From Armatimonadota bacterium (lineage in GTDB: Bacteria; Sysuimicrobiota; Sysuimicrobiia; Sysuimicrobiales; Humicultoraceae): 15,628 nt of DNA. The stretch lies in NCBI GenBank assembly GCA_052386995.1, contig JBQTJP010000008.1, positions 1-15,628 of the forward strand, read 5' to 3'. Position 1 is the stretch's first letter. Each line of letters starts with the position of its first letter. The notes beneath the pieces are model-generated. The model was not told the DNA's origin. It worked only from the letters and a program-made list of their open reading frames with translations, and ran no database searches. The position numbers and the translations under genes were made by a program. Positions 1-7,456 of the stretch are shown in pieces.

Positions 1-888
1 GACCGCATCCAGTTCTTCACCCACGCGGCCACACACAGGCTGACGGAGGAACTGGTTGCCCAACGGGGGATCAAGCAGATCGTCCGTGTGAGCGTCCCCG
101 TCTACCAGGACGCAATCGCGGCGCATCTCTTCCAGGATCGTAGAGAGGTGAAGCGCTGGGCCACCATCGGGGCCGACTACGAGTACGGCTACGCTGCGTG
201 GGCCATGTTCAAGGATCAGATGAAGCGGTTCCGTCCCGACGTCGAGTTCGTCGGTGCGGTCTGGGCGCCTTTCCTCACGTTGGACTTCTCCGCGCACATC
301 GCTGCCGTCATGGCCACCAACCCCGACGGGATCATCGCCACGCCGTGGGCGGGCGAGGCAGTGACGCTGCTGCGCCAGGCACTCCTGCAGGGCGTCTTCG
401 ACAGGATCCAGGTCTGGTTCCAGGCGATGGGCGGCTCTGTCGACGTGCTGGAGGGGATCCAGGCCGAGGTCAAGGAGAACCGCTTCAGGGGCAAGCTCTA
501 CGCCACCGCGCGGTACATTCACAACTGGCCCCCCACCGAGAACAACCGCGCCTTCGTCACCCGCTTCGCCAGACGGTTCAACCGGATGCCCAACTACTCG
601 GCTGAGACCACCCATTCCGCGATCTACATCACAAAGGCGGCCGTGGAGAAGGCGAGGAGCATCCAGACCGACAGGGTGCTCGACGCGCTCAAGGGAATGC
701 GGATCGAAAATCCCGGGGGGACCCGCACGTACCGCGCCGAGGACCACCAGTTTGTGTACGCCGTCCCTGCCGGCCGTGTCGTCTACGACTCACGGTACAT
801 CATCCCCACCCTGGGCGAGCTGAAGGTCTTCGACCCGAAGGACTACTACCGCTGGCCGCCATTCAAGGCGCTGGACCTCTCGAAGTAA
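1..888 (+). CDS. Branched-chain amino acid (HAAT/Liv-type) ABC transporter substrate-binding protein, 5' end outside the window
   Basis: Frame 1 is open from base 1 (DRIQFFTHAATHRL...) to TAA at 886-888. Periplasmic binding protein type I features: DYEYG, DFSAHIAAVMATNPDG, RAEDHQ. Lies directly upstream of livHMGF-like genes. Confidence 0.9.
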   Translation, partial: DRIQFFTHAATHRLTEELVAQRGIKQIVRVSVPVYQDAIAAHLFQDRREVKRWATIGADYEYGYAAWAMFKDQMKRFRPDVEFVGAVWAPFLTLDFSAHIAAVMATNPDGIIATPWAGEAVTLLRQALLQGVFDRIQVWFQAMGGSVDVLEGIQAEVKENRFRGKLYATARYIHNWPPTENNRAFVTRFARRFNRMPNYSAETTHSAIYITKAAVEKARSIQTDRVLDALKGMRIENPGGTRTYRAEDHQFVYAVPAGRVVYDSRYIIPTLGELKVFDPKDYYRWPPFKALDLSK

Positions 889-909
889 GAGAGGATCCAC
901 CGTGCTTCC

Positions 910-952
910 CCTCCCCCCGCCTCCATCGATGAGGACGGGGGGAGGTTTGTTT
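910..952 (+). terminator. Stem-loop with U-rich tail after the binding-protein gene (partial terminator or mRNA stabiliser)
   Basis: Perfect 10-bp stem CCTCCCCCCG (910-919) / CGGGGGGAGG (936-945), inner CCTC/GAGG pairing, followed by TTTGTTT. Confidence 0.7.
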
Positions 953-966
953 CAGGTGAAGCGACG

Positions 967-1824
967 ATGAACGACCTCGCCTACCAGGGGTTGATCGGCC
1001 TGTCGCAGGCGATGTACCTCTGGCTCATCTCGGCCGGACTGACGATCATCTTCGGCGTGCTGGGTGTCTTGAACTTCGCCCACGGCAGCCTCTTCATGCT
1101 CGGCGCATACGTCGCATATACGGCATACGGTTTGTGGGGGCTTCCGTTCGCGGTGTCGGTAGGCCTCAGCCTCGCCGTCGTCGCCCTGCTCGGCATGGGG
1201 ATGGAGCGGTCATTCCTCCAGCGCCTCTACCATGTCGACCACGCCTACCAACTCCTGCTCACATTCGGCTTTGTGCTGGTCCTGGACGATGCGGTGAAGC
1301 TGATCTGGGGCGGCGTCTTCAAGATCCCGCCCATCCCGCGGTTCCTGGAGGGGGCATGGACAGCGTTCGGCCGCCCGTTCCCCGTCTACAACGCGTTCAT
1401 CGTCGCCGTGGGGGTGCTGGTCGGCTTGGCGCTCTGGCTGCTCCTGGAACGGACCTGGTGGGGTCGGATGGTGCGGGCCGTGGCCGCGGACCGGGAAATG
1501 GCGGCCGCGATCGGCATCCATGTGCCCCGCGTGTTCGCCGGCGTGTTTATGCTTGGTGCGGCCCTGGCGGCGCTCGGAGGCGCTCTCGGCGTCCCAGTGC
1601 GTCCCGCGTCGCCGGGCATTGGCGCGGCCATGATCATCCAGGCGTTCGTCATCACCGTCATCGGCGGGCTCGGAAACCTGCCGGGCGCGTTTGTCAGCTC
1701 ATTGCTCGTGGGTGTGCTCTCCGCCTATGGCACACTGCTCTTTCCGGTTTTCGAGCTATTCTTTATCTTCGTGATCATGGCGGTGGTGCTGTTGATCCGA
1801 CCTCGGGGGCTGTTTGCCCGATGA
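967..1824 (+). CDS. livH: Branched-chain amino acid ABC transporter permease, LivH family
   Basis: Motifs GLTIIFGVLGVLNFAHG, GRMVRAVAADREMAAAIGI and IGGLGNLPGA; hydrophobic 285-aa protein. Confidence 0.93.
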   Translation: MNDLAYQGLIGLSQAMYLWLISAGLTIIFGVLGVLNFAHGSLFMLGAYVAYTAYGLWGLPFAVSVGLSLAVVALLGMGMERSFLQRLYHVDHAYQLLLTFGFVLVLDDAVKLIWGGVFKIPPIPRFLEGAWTAFGRPFPVYNAFIVAVGVLVGLALWLLLERTWWGRMVRAVAADREMAAAIGIHVPRVFAGVFMLGAALAALGGALGVPVRPASPGIGAAMIIQAFVITVIGGLGNLPGAFVSSLLVGVLSAYGTLLFPVFELFFIFVIMAVVLLIRPRGLFAR

Positions 1825-1827
1825 GCC

Positions 1828-2886
1828 ATGCGGACGCGCGCTGACCCAGGCCCGGCCGCGAGCCGCGTTGAGGCGCCGGCCCGTCGCCCGCTCGCGGCTA
1901 ACGGCGTGCGCATTGCGGCGGCCGTGGGGCTCGTCGCCCTCGCGACGATGCCTCTCGTGGCGCGCGACTACGTACTCTATCTGGCGATTCAGATCGCGAT
2001 CCTGTCGCTATTCGCCCTGGGGTTTAACCTGCTCTTCGGCTATACGGGGCTGCTCTCGTTCGGCCAGGCGGGTTTCTTCGCGGTCGGGGCGTACGCGTGC
2101 GCCAAGATTCTCATCTGGCTGCCGTCGCTCCCGCTGGGCATTCTCGGTGGGACAATCGCTGCTGCCGTCACGGCTCTGGCATTGGGCGTCCTCTCCGTGC
2201 GCCACACACGCATCTACTTCTCGATGCTGACGCTGGCGTTCGGCATGATGATCTTTTCGATCGCGTGGAAATGGCGCAGCTTCACCGGCGGCGACGATGG
2301 CCTAGTGGGCATCCCGCGCGCGCCGCTGGTCATCCCCGGTCTGCTCTCGGTGAGCGTATCCACGATGGACCGGTACTACTACGTTGTGCTGGTCGTGACG
2401 CTCGTGGCGATCTACGTGCTCTACCGGGTCGTCCGCTCCCCGCTGGGGTTGGCCTTGCGTGCGATCCGCGACAGCGAGCAGCGCGCGGCGTTTGCGGGGA
2501 TCTCCGTTACCGCCTACCGTCTGATCGCCTTCACCATCGCCGGCCTGTACGCCGGTCTGGCGGGTTCGCTCCTGCCGCCACTGGAAAACACGGTGACGCC
2601 GCCCATTGCGCACTGGAGCACGTCTGCCGAACCGGTGCTGGCCACGCTGCTGGGCGGCATTCACACCTTCGCCGGCCCCATCATCGGCGCGGCGCTGCTT
2701 ATCATCCTCAGGGACATCATCGTGCGGTTCACTTTGCACTGGTCCATCTTCCTCGGCGCGGCGGTGATCGTCCTGGTGATGGGCTTCCGCGGCGGCGTTG
2801 CGAGAATCGCGGACGAATGGTTACCGGGCGTCCCGCCGTTGCGCGGCAAGAGAGCGAGCTCCGATGGCCGACCTGCTGCGAACTGA
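1828..2886 (+). CDS. livM: Branched-chain amino acid ABC transporter permease, LivM family
   Basis: Motifs NLLFGYTGLLSFGQAGFF, YFSMLTLAF, TGGDDGL and SPLGLALRAIRDSE. Exact start codon uncertain. Confidence 0.93.
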   Translation: MRTRADPGPAASRVEAPARRPLAANGVRIAAAVGLVALATMPLVARDYVLYLAIQIAILSLFALGFNLLFGYTGLLSFGQAGFFAVGAYACAKILIWLPSLPLGILGGTIAAAVTALALGVLSVRHTRIYFSMLTLAFGMMIFSIAWKWRSFTGGDDGLVGIPRAPLVIPGLLSVSVSTMDRYYYVVLVVTLVAIYVLYRVVRSPLGLALRAIRDSEQRAAFAGISVTAYRLIAFTIAGLYAGLAGSLLPPLENTVTPPIAHWSTSAEPVLATLLGGIHTFAGPIIGAALLIILRDIIVRFTLHWSIFLGAAVIVLVMGFRGGVARIADEWLPGVPPLRGKRASSDGRPAAN

Positions 2887-3625
2887 GCGCCTGCGGAAGA
2901 TGTTCGGCGCGCTGGCCGCGGTGGACGACGTGGACCTCTCGCTCGCCCAGGGCCAGCTCACAGCCGTCATCGGTCCCAACGGGGCGGGCAAGACCACGCT
3001 CATCAACCTCCTCAGCGGCGCGATCCCCCCCGACGGCGGACGCGTGCTGTTCCAGGAAGAGGAGATCACCGGCCTGCCCGCCCACGCCCGCGTCTGGCGT
3101 GGGCTCACCCGCTCGTTCCAGATCATGACGATCTTCGCGCGACTCAGCGTCCTCGAGAACGTGCTCGTACCCATCCTGGCCCGCCGCGGGAAGGCTTTCA
3201 GTCCTTTCGCCGGGCTGACCGACGACGCAGCCGTCCTGGATGAGGCGGACGCGCTCTTGGACGAGGTCGGCTTGCGGCCGGAAGCGCACCGCGAGGCTGG
3301 CACCCTCGCGCATGGGGATCAACGCCGGATGGAACTGGCGATCGCGGTCGCCTCGCGCCCCGTTCTGTGCTTCCTCGACGAGCCGTCATCGGGGATGACG
3401 CCCCCCGAGCGGGGTATGATCCTGGAACTCATCCGGCGGCTTGCCGCGGAGCGGGGCACCACATTCGTGATCGTCGAGCACGACATGGACGTTGTGTTCT
3501 CGCTCGCGCAGCGAATCGTGGTCATGAACCGGGGTCGGATCCTGGCCGACGGCCCGCCGGAGGCGATCCGCGCCGATTCCCGCGTGCGCGAAGTGTACCT
3601 GGGGGACGAGGCGGGCACCGCATGA
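2864..3625 (+). CDS. livG: Branched-chain amino acid ABC transporter ATP-binding protein, LivG family
   Basis: Start placed at ATG 2864 (MADLLRTERL). Walker A GPNGAGKTT, signature variant LAHGDQRR, Walker B FLDEP, IVEHDM, C-terminal VREVYLG. Confidence 0.93.
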   Translation: MADLLRTERLRKMFGALAAVDDVDLSLAQGQLTAVIGPNGAGKTTLINLLSGAIPPDGGRVLFQEEEITGLPAHARVWRGLTRSFQIMTIFARLSVLENVLVPILARRGKAFSPFAGLTDDAAVLDEADALLDEVGLRPEAHREAGTLAHGDQRRMELAIAVASRPVLCFLDEPSSGMTPPERGMILELIRRLAAERGTTFVIVEHDMDVVFSLAQRIVVMNRGRILADGPPEAIRADSRVREVYLGDEAGTA

Positions 3626-4326
3626 TCCTGCAGGTCGAAGGACTGGTGGTCGGGTACGGCACGAGCATCGTCGTGCACGGCCTTTCGCTGCAGGTGGGGG
3701 AAGCCGAGATCGTCAGCCTGATCGGCCGCAACGGAGCCGGCAAGACTACAACGATGCGCGGGCTTATGGGCTTGACCCGGCCCCGCACCGGCAGTGTGCG
3801 GCTGCGAGGCCGCCAGATCGCGGGCCGGCCCCCGTTCGAGATCGCGCGCCTGGGCGTGGGCTATGTCCCGGATGATCGCCGGATATTTCCGGATTTGACC
3901 GTGGAGGAGAACCTGCTGCTTGCCGCCCGCATCACGCGCGCCCGGCGGGGTCGCTGGGATCTGCAGAAGGTCTACGAGCTTTTTCCTGCACTGCAAGCGC
4001 TACGCGTGAGCCGTGGAGATCACCTCAGCGGTGGGGAACAGAAGATGCTGGCCATCGGCCGCGCGCTGATGAAGGATCCAGATCTCCTTCTCCTCGACGA
4101 GCCGGCGGAGGGCCTCGCGCCGCTCATCGTCAAGCAGCTCACCGACGTGCTGCGCGGCATCCGCCATACCGGTGTCACCATCTTGCTGGCCGATCAGAAC
4201 CTGACGTTCTGTCGGAAAGTGGCGGACCGCGCCTACATTATGGAGAAAGGCACGGTCGCCGCCGAGGGCCCGATGGACGTGCTCTGGCAGAACCAAGAGC
4301 TCATCAATCGCTATCTGGCCGTTTGA
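3622..4326 (+). CDS. livF: Branched-chain amino acid ABC transporter ATP-binding protein, LivF family
   Basis: ATGA overlap with the livG stop at 3622-3625. Walker A GRNGAGKTT, signature LSGGEQKMLAIGRAL, Walker B LLLDEP. Confidence 0.93.
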   Translation: MILQVEGLVVGYGTSIVVHGLSLQVGEAEIVSLIGRNGAGKTTTMRGLMGLTRPRTGSVRLRGRQIAGRPPFEIARLGVGYVPDDRRIFPDLTVEENLLLAARITRARRGRWDLQKVYELFPALQALRVSRGDHLSGGEQKMLAIGRALMKDPDLLLLDEPAEGLAPLIVKQLTDVLRGIRHTGVTILLADQNLTFCRKVADRAYIMEKGTVAAEGPMDVLWQNQELINRYLAV

Positions 4327-4349
4327 CGCGGAGCCACTACTGCCAGTCC

Positions 4350-4616
4350 TCACAACCACCCCAACCAGCCAATTATCGTATACATAAGGATTGGGGTCGC
4401 CACTCCACCAGCCGCACCACCGAGTACGGCCCCGACTTTCGGCCTTTGAAACCTTCTGCCGACCACCCATCCTATCGCTCCGAATGTCGTACTGAGAACC
4501 CAGCCGAAGGGTATCCCGAAGTAGAGACCAAACAAAAAGCCGATGTGTTCGCACTCGGACTCCTGGCCTGCGCAATACCTACCGAGGAGCGGGAGGAGCA
4601 CCAGCAGATTCGCGAC
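4350..4616 (-). pseudogene. C-terminal part of a small multi-pass membrane protein, or a short hypothetical membrane protein
   Basis: VANLLVLLPLL...IGFLFGLYFGIPFGWVLSTTFGAIGWVVG...VGAVLGGAAGGVATPILMYTIIGWLGWL-stop has clear hydrophobic helices. Sequence upstream of about 4616 in this frame does not look protein-like. Confidence 0.45.
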
Positions 4617-4862
4617 GCTGCGATTCTCATAGGACCCGGGCAGCTGGAAAGGCTCATCGAGGATCTCCAGGCCGCCCAGACATGCCCCGACACGAGCACC
4701 GTCGCTCTGGTCCTGTCCACGCAAACCATTAGTGTTCGCAACGCCACGTTGACATTTCCTCCGGAAGCCCGGCTCTACGTTGGGCCAATCCAGACGCTTG
4801 GGTTCAGGGGCTCACTCCAGGAGATCCAGCGACAGCTACACGGCCTGGACGAGATCAACTGA
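4608..4862 (+). pseudogene. C-terminal gene fragment, possibly a degenerate receiver (CheY-like) domain
   Basis: IRDAAILIGPGQLERLIEDLQ...VALVLST...LYVGP...SLQEIQRQLHGLDEIN-stop has an alternating beta/alpha pattern. No start codon or RBS is evident. Confidence 0.3.
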
Positions 4863-5016
4863 GCCCATGCGAGCGCGCTGGCTGTAGTTCCCGCATAGGT
4901 TGTTGCCACTCGAAAGCCTCTGACGAGACCAGGCCTGTCTCGTGCCTCTTGTTGTCTCGGCTAATCAGTGCGTTCGTTGGTTATTCGCGGTCCTGCGGGG
5001 CAACTTGTCTGGAATA

Positions 5017-5058
5017 CTAGCCTGCATGACGGTGAAAGTGGTGCCGGGAGGGGGATTT
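5017..5058 (-). repeat. att-like site, copy 1: tRNA 3'-end repeat plus conserved flank
   Basis: 5039-5058 TGGTGCCGGGAGGGGGATTT is identical to 14691-14710 (20 bp). Preceded by CTAG (5017-5020), 10 nt, GGTGAA (5031-5036) and 2 nt. Confidence 0.85.
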
Positions 5059-5244
5059 TCGAGTTAGCCCCACGACGGGTGAGGGCTGAACCGTCAGGCT
5101 CCGCGGCAGACTTCTACCGTACATGCCGGTACGAGCAGGCTGGAGGAATCTCATGGCATCTGGGAGTAGGTCTCGCTCGAGTCCGGTCACTGAAAATGCC
5201 GTCCTGGCAACCGTCAGGCTGGTCGGCCTGCGGGGGATCGAGTC

Positions 5245-6186
5245 GTGGTGAGGCACATGGTCCTCGTCCTCATTGTCATCTTGCTCACGTCCTCACGTGG
5301 AGTAGCGCAAGCACCCGCTCCCCCTGCCGCCATTTACGTGGCGGACACCGGCAACAATCGCATCGTGCGCATAGAAGAGATGAGCGAGAGCGGCTGGACG
5401 GTCTTCAGCAGGTCCGGGGCCAATGAGGTCGGCGACCCGTATGGCGTCTCCACGGACATGGCCGGACGGATCTATATAGCGGAGCATTTCAACCATCGCA
5501 TTGTGCGCATAGATGACATGACCGGCGCGGGCTGGATTGCCCTCGGCGGCCGGCGTGGAAGCGAGCCTCGCCAGTTCGACGAACCGCACGGTATCTTCGT
5601 GGACTCCGCTTCGCGAATCTACGTGGCGGAGCATATCAACCACCGCATCACGCGAATGGATGACATGAGCGGGGCGGGGTGGATCACGCTCGGGGGCGCC
5701 TCTGGAGCCGGCCCCGGGCAGTTCCGCATCCCGCACGCCATTTCTGTCGACGGCACCGGCCGGATCTACGTGGCGGACACCGCCAATAGCCGGATCGTAC
5801 GGATGGACGACATGACCGGCGCCGGGTGGGTGACCTTCGGCGAGTCAGGAACTGGAGCCAACCAGTTTCGCACACCTACTGGTCTCGCTGTGGACGCGGC
5901 CGGGCGCATCTACATCGCGGACTCCGACAACGATCGGATCGTCCGCATCAATGACATGAGCGGCGCAGGCTGGACCACCTTTGGCAGTGCTGGGAGCGGT
6001 GCGAATCAGTTTCGACTGCCGTTTGGTGTATTTGTGGACAGGGCAGGTCGAATCTACGTGTCTGAGTTCGGCAATCACCGACTCGTGCGGATCAATGACA
6101 TGAGCGGCGCGGGCTGGATGGCCTTAGGGACTCGTGGTAACGGCAGGGGGCAGTTCATTAATCCGAGAGGCCTCTCAGGGCGCTGA
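5245..6186 (+). CDS. Secreted NHL-repeat (six-bladed beta-propeller) protein
   Basis: N-terminal signal-peptide-like segment (MVLVLIVILLTSSRGVAQA). Six repeats of about 46-49 aa with consensus IYVADxxNxRIVRxDDMSGAGWxxxG...QFxxPxGxxVDxxGR. Start is GTG 5245 or ATG 5257. Confidence 0.9.
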   Translation: MVRHMVLVLIVILLTSSRGVAQAPAPPAAIYVADTGNNRIVRIEEMSESGWTVFSRSGANEVGDPYGVSTDMAGRIYIAEHFNHRIVRIDDMTGAGWIALGGRRGSEPRQFDEPHGIFVDSASRIYVAEHINHRITRMDDMSGAGWITLGGASGAGPGQFRIPHAISVDGTGRIYVADTANSRIVRMDDMTGAGWVTFGESGTGANQFRTPTGLAVDAAGRIYIADSDNDRIVRINDMSGAGWTTFGSAGSGANQFRLPFGVFVDRAGRIYVSEFGNHRLVRINDMSGAGWMALGTRGNGRGQFINPRGLSGR

Positions 6187-6217
6187 TGGCTGGACTTCAG
6201 ACAGTGGCCTCGTGGGC

Positions 6218-6251
6218 CTAGAGAGGATTTCGGTAGAACTGGTGCCGGGAG
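6218..6251 (-). repeat. att-like site, copy 2
   Basis: CTAG (6218-6221), 10 nt, GGTAGA (6232-6237), AC, TGGTGCCGGGAG (6240-6251). Spacing is the same as in copies 1 and 3. Confidence 0.7.
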
Positions 6252-6692
6252 CCCGTTTCCGTTTTCATCGAAGACGGATAAGGTCAGAGTCGACCGAGCC
6301 TCATTTCCCATCCTTCATAGGATCACACTGCGAGGCAGAATGCCGGCCTGATTGGACCTAGCGGGCCAGCGTGCATTGCTACAAGCTTGCCCGCTTCGAG
6401 CTTCCAAACCGGATGCCCGCCCACATCCTTTGGACCACCCCCGAGCAGACATGTCTGGTAGCGGGCGCCTGCTAGTCGAATTACCAGTAGGCAGGACGCT
6501 ACTAGCTTAGGCACCTACTTCTTACAACAATCGGCAAAACCGCTCGGGCCGCGTGCTAGACTCCACCAGGAGGTTCGGTGGGCAAGCGGGCACTCAATCG
6601 CAGGCTAAAACCAGCGCACCGTACTGCCAAAGGTGTCCCAGGATTTATTGCAAGCTCATGAACACGCGGCGGTAACGCGGGAGGTGAAAGGT

Positions 6693-6792
6693 TTGCCGGA
6701 TTCTGTGAAACTCGAGCGTTTCGCAAGGGCATTACAGGAAAGCGAGTTCGATGTCGTGGTCGCAGCTTCACACGACAACACCTGGTACGTCT
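6693..6792 (+). pseudogene. N-terminal fragment of an M24 (Xaa-Pro aminopeptidase/creatinase-like) protein
   Basis: Strong Shine-Dalgarno GGGAGGTG at 6679-6686 and TTG at 6693, giving MPDSVKLERFARALQESEFDVVVAASHDNTWYV. This resembles the Creatinase_N start pattern (RL...M...GLDAxx...xxN..Y). Similarity is lost after about 6792. Confidence 0.55.
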
Positions 6793-7023
6793 TCTGCGAG
6801 GGTGCGGCCTCTACACGCGCAGACGACGCGCTACCTGATCGAGATTGCCCGCATGGTCCAGTACGTGGCGCCGACCGACAAGGATCGGCGGCGGTTCCTC
6901 CTCTCGCCCCAGCCCGACCTCCGCGGGAAGACCCCCCGCCAGGTCATGCTGGAGGACCCTCCATTCGGCGCCCGACAGGTCTACGACTTGCTTGGCCGGA
7001 TCCCGCACGGTATCCCCTCCTAA
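6751..7023 (+). CDS. Antitoxin of the Xre/MbcA/ParS family, C-terminal toxin-binding domain; native N-terminus apparently lost
   Basis: RRFLLSPQPDLRGKTPRQVML...GARQVYDLLGRIPHG matches the family pattern (WL..P...L.G.TP...L....G...V..LL.RI..G). Lies 6 nt upstream of a RES gene. Confidence 0.75.
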   Translation: MSWSQLHTTTPGTSSARVRPLHAQTTRYLIEIARMVQYVAPTDKDRRRFLLSPQPDLRGKTPRQVMLEDPPFGARQVYDLLGRIPHGIPS

Positions 7024-7029
7024 CCCCGC

Positions 7030-7349
7030 ATGACGAACGAGCGGATGCTCCGCCTCGAAGCGGCCATGGTCGAGCTGCGACCGGGGCGCGTTGAGGGCGT
7101 ATGGCACCGCTTCGTCGCTGAGCTCTACAAGGACGACGCAGACAGCGACCAAGGCGCGCTTGAGAACGGCGGTCGCTACAACCCCCGTCGTGAGTTCGGT
7201 GCCCTCTACCTCTCGGAGAGTCCGGCCGCATGCCGGGCCGAGAACTGCGGCGACCGGGAGTGCGTGTGCGGTACTGGCATGCGCGCGTAAAGGTCAGGGT
7301 CTCTACGGCCCTGGATCTCACCGACTCGTCCACGCGGGAGAAGCATTGA
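7030..7349 (+). pseudogene. RES-domain toxin, frameshifted and truncated
   Basis: VWHRF...GGRYNPRREFGALYLSESPAACRAE in the first frame. After about 7243 the RES-like sequence continues in the -1 frame as LRRPGVRVRYWHARVKVRVSTALDLTDSSTREKH-stop (7347-7349). The C-terminal Ser-containing part is absent. Confidence 0.8.
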
Positions 7350-7456
7350 AGTCTTCCGAAGCGATCAGCGGATCAGTTTGCCGTGACCAGCTCATGTTGG
7401 TCGAAAACCGGCGTCGCATCCTCGCCGGAGAGTATGCGCGCAATGAGGAGAATGCC

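Noticed and set aside
2097..3128. 343-aa alternative-frame ORF and similar long overlapping ORFs (1134-1844, 3319-3996, 12534-13217)
   Set aside because: Arg/Pro/Gly-rich or antisense frames typical of high-GC coding DNA, overlapping well-supported genes.
5332..6186. Periodic DNA repeats as a possible CRISPR array or DGR template/variable repeat pair
   Set aside because: The repeats are in-frame NHL coding units with synonymous variation, no unique spacers and no adenine-specific pattern. No cas or reverse transcriptase gene is present.
6561..6568. CTCCACCA resembling a tmRNA or tRNA-Ala 3' end
   Set aside because: No T arm upstream and only 8 bp.
7236..7290. Programmed -1 frameshift in the RES gene
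   Set aside because: No slippery heptamer is present, and the shifted product is still truncated.
7091..7456. N-terminal 122-aa extension of the PTE ORF
   Set aside because: It overlaps the RES gene in another frame. The family N-terminus and an RBS are at 7457.
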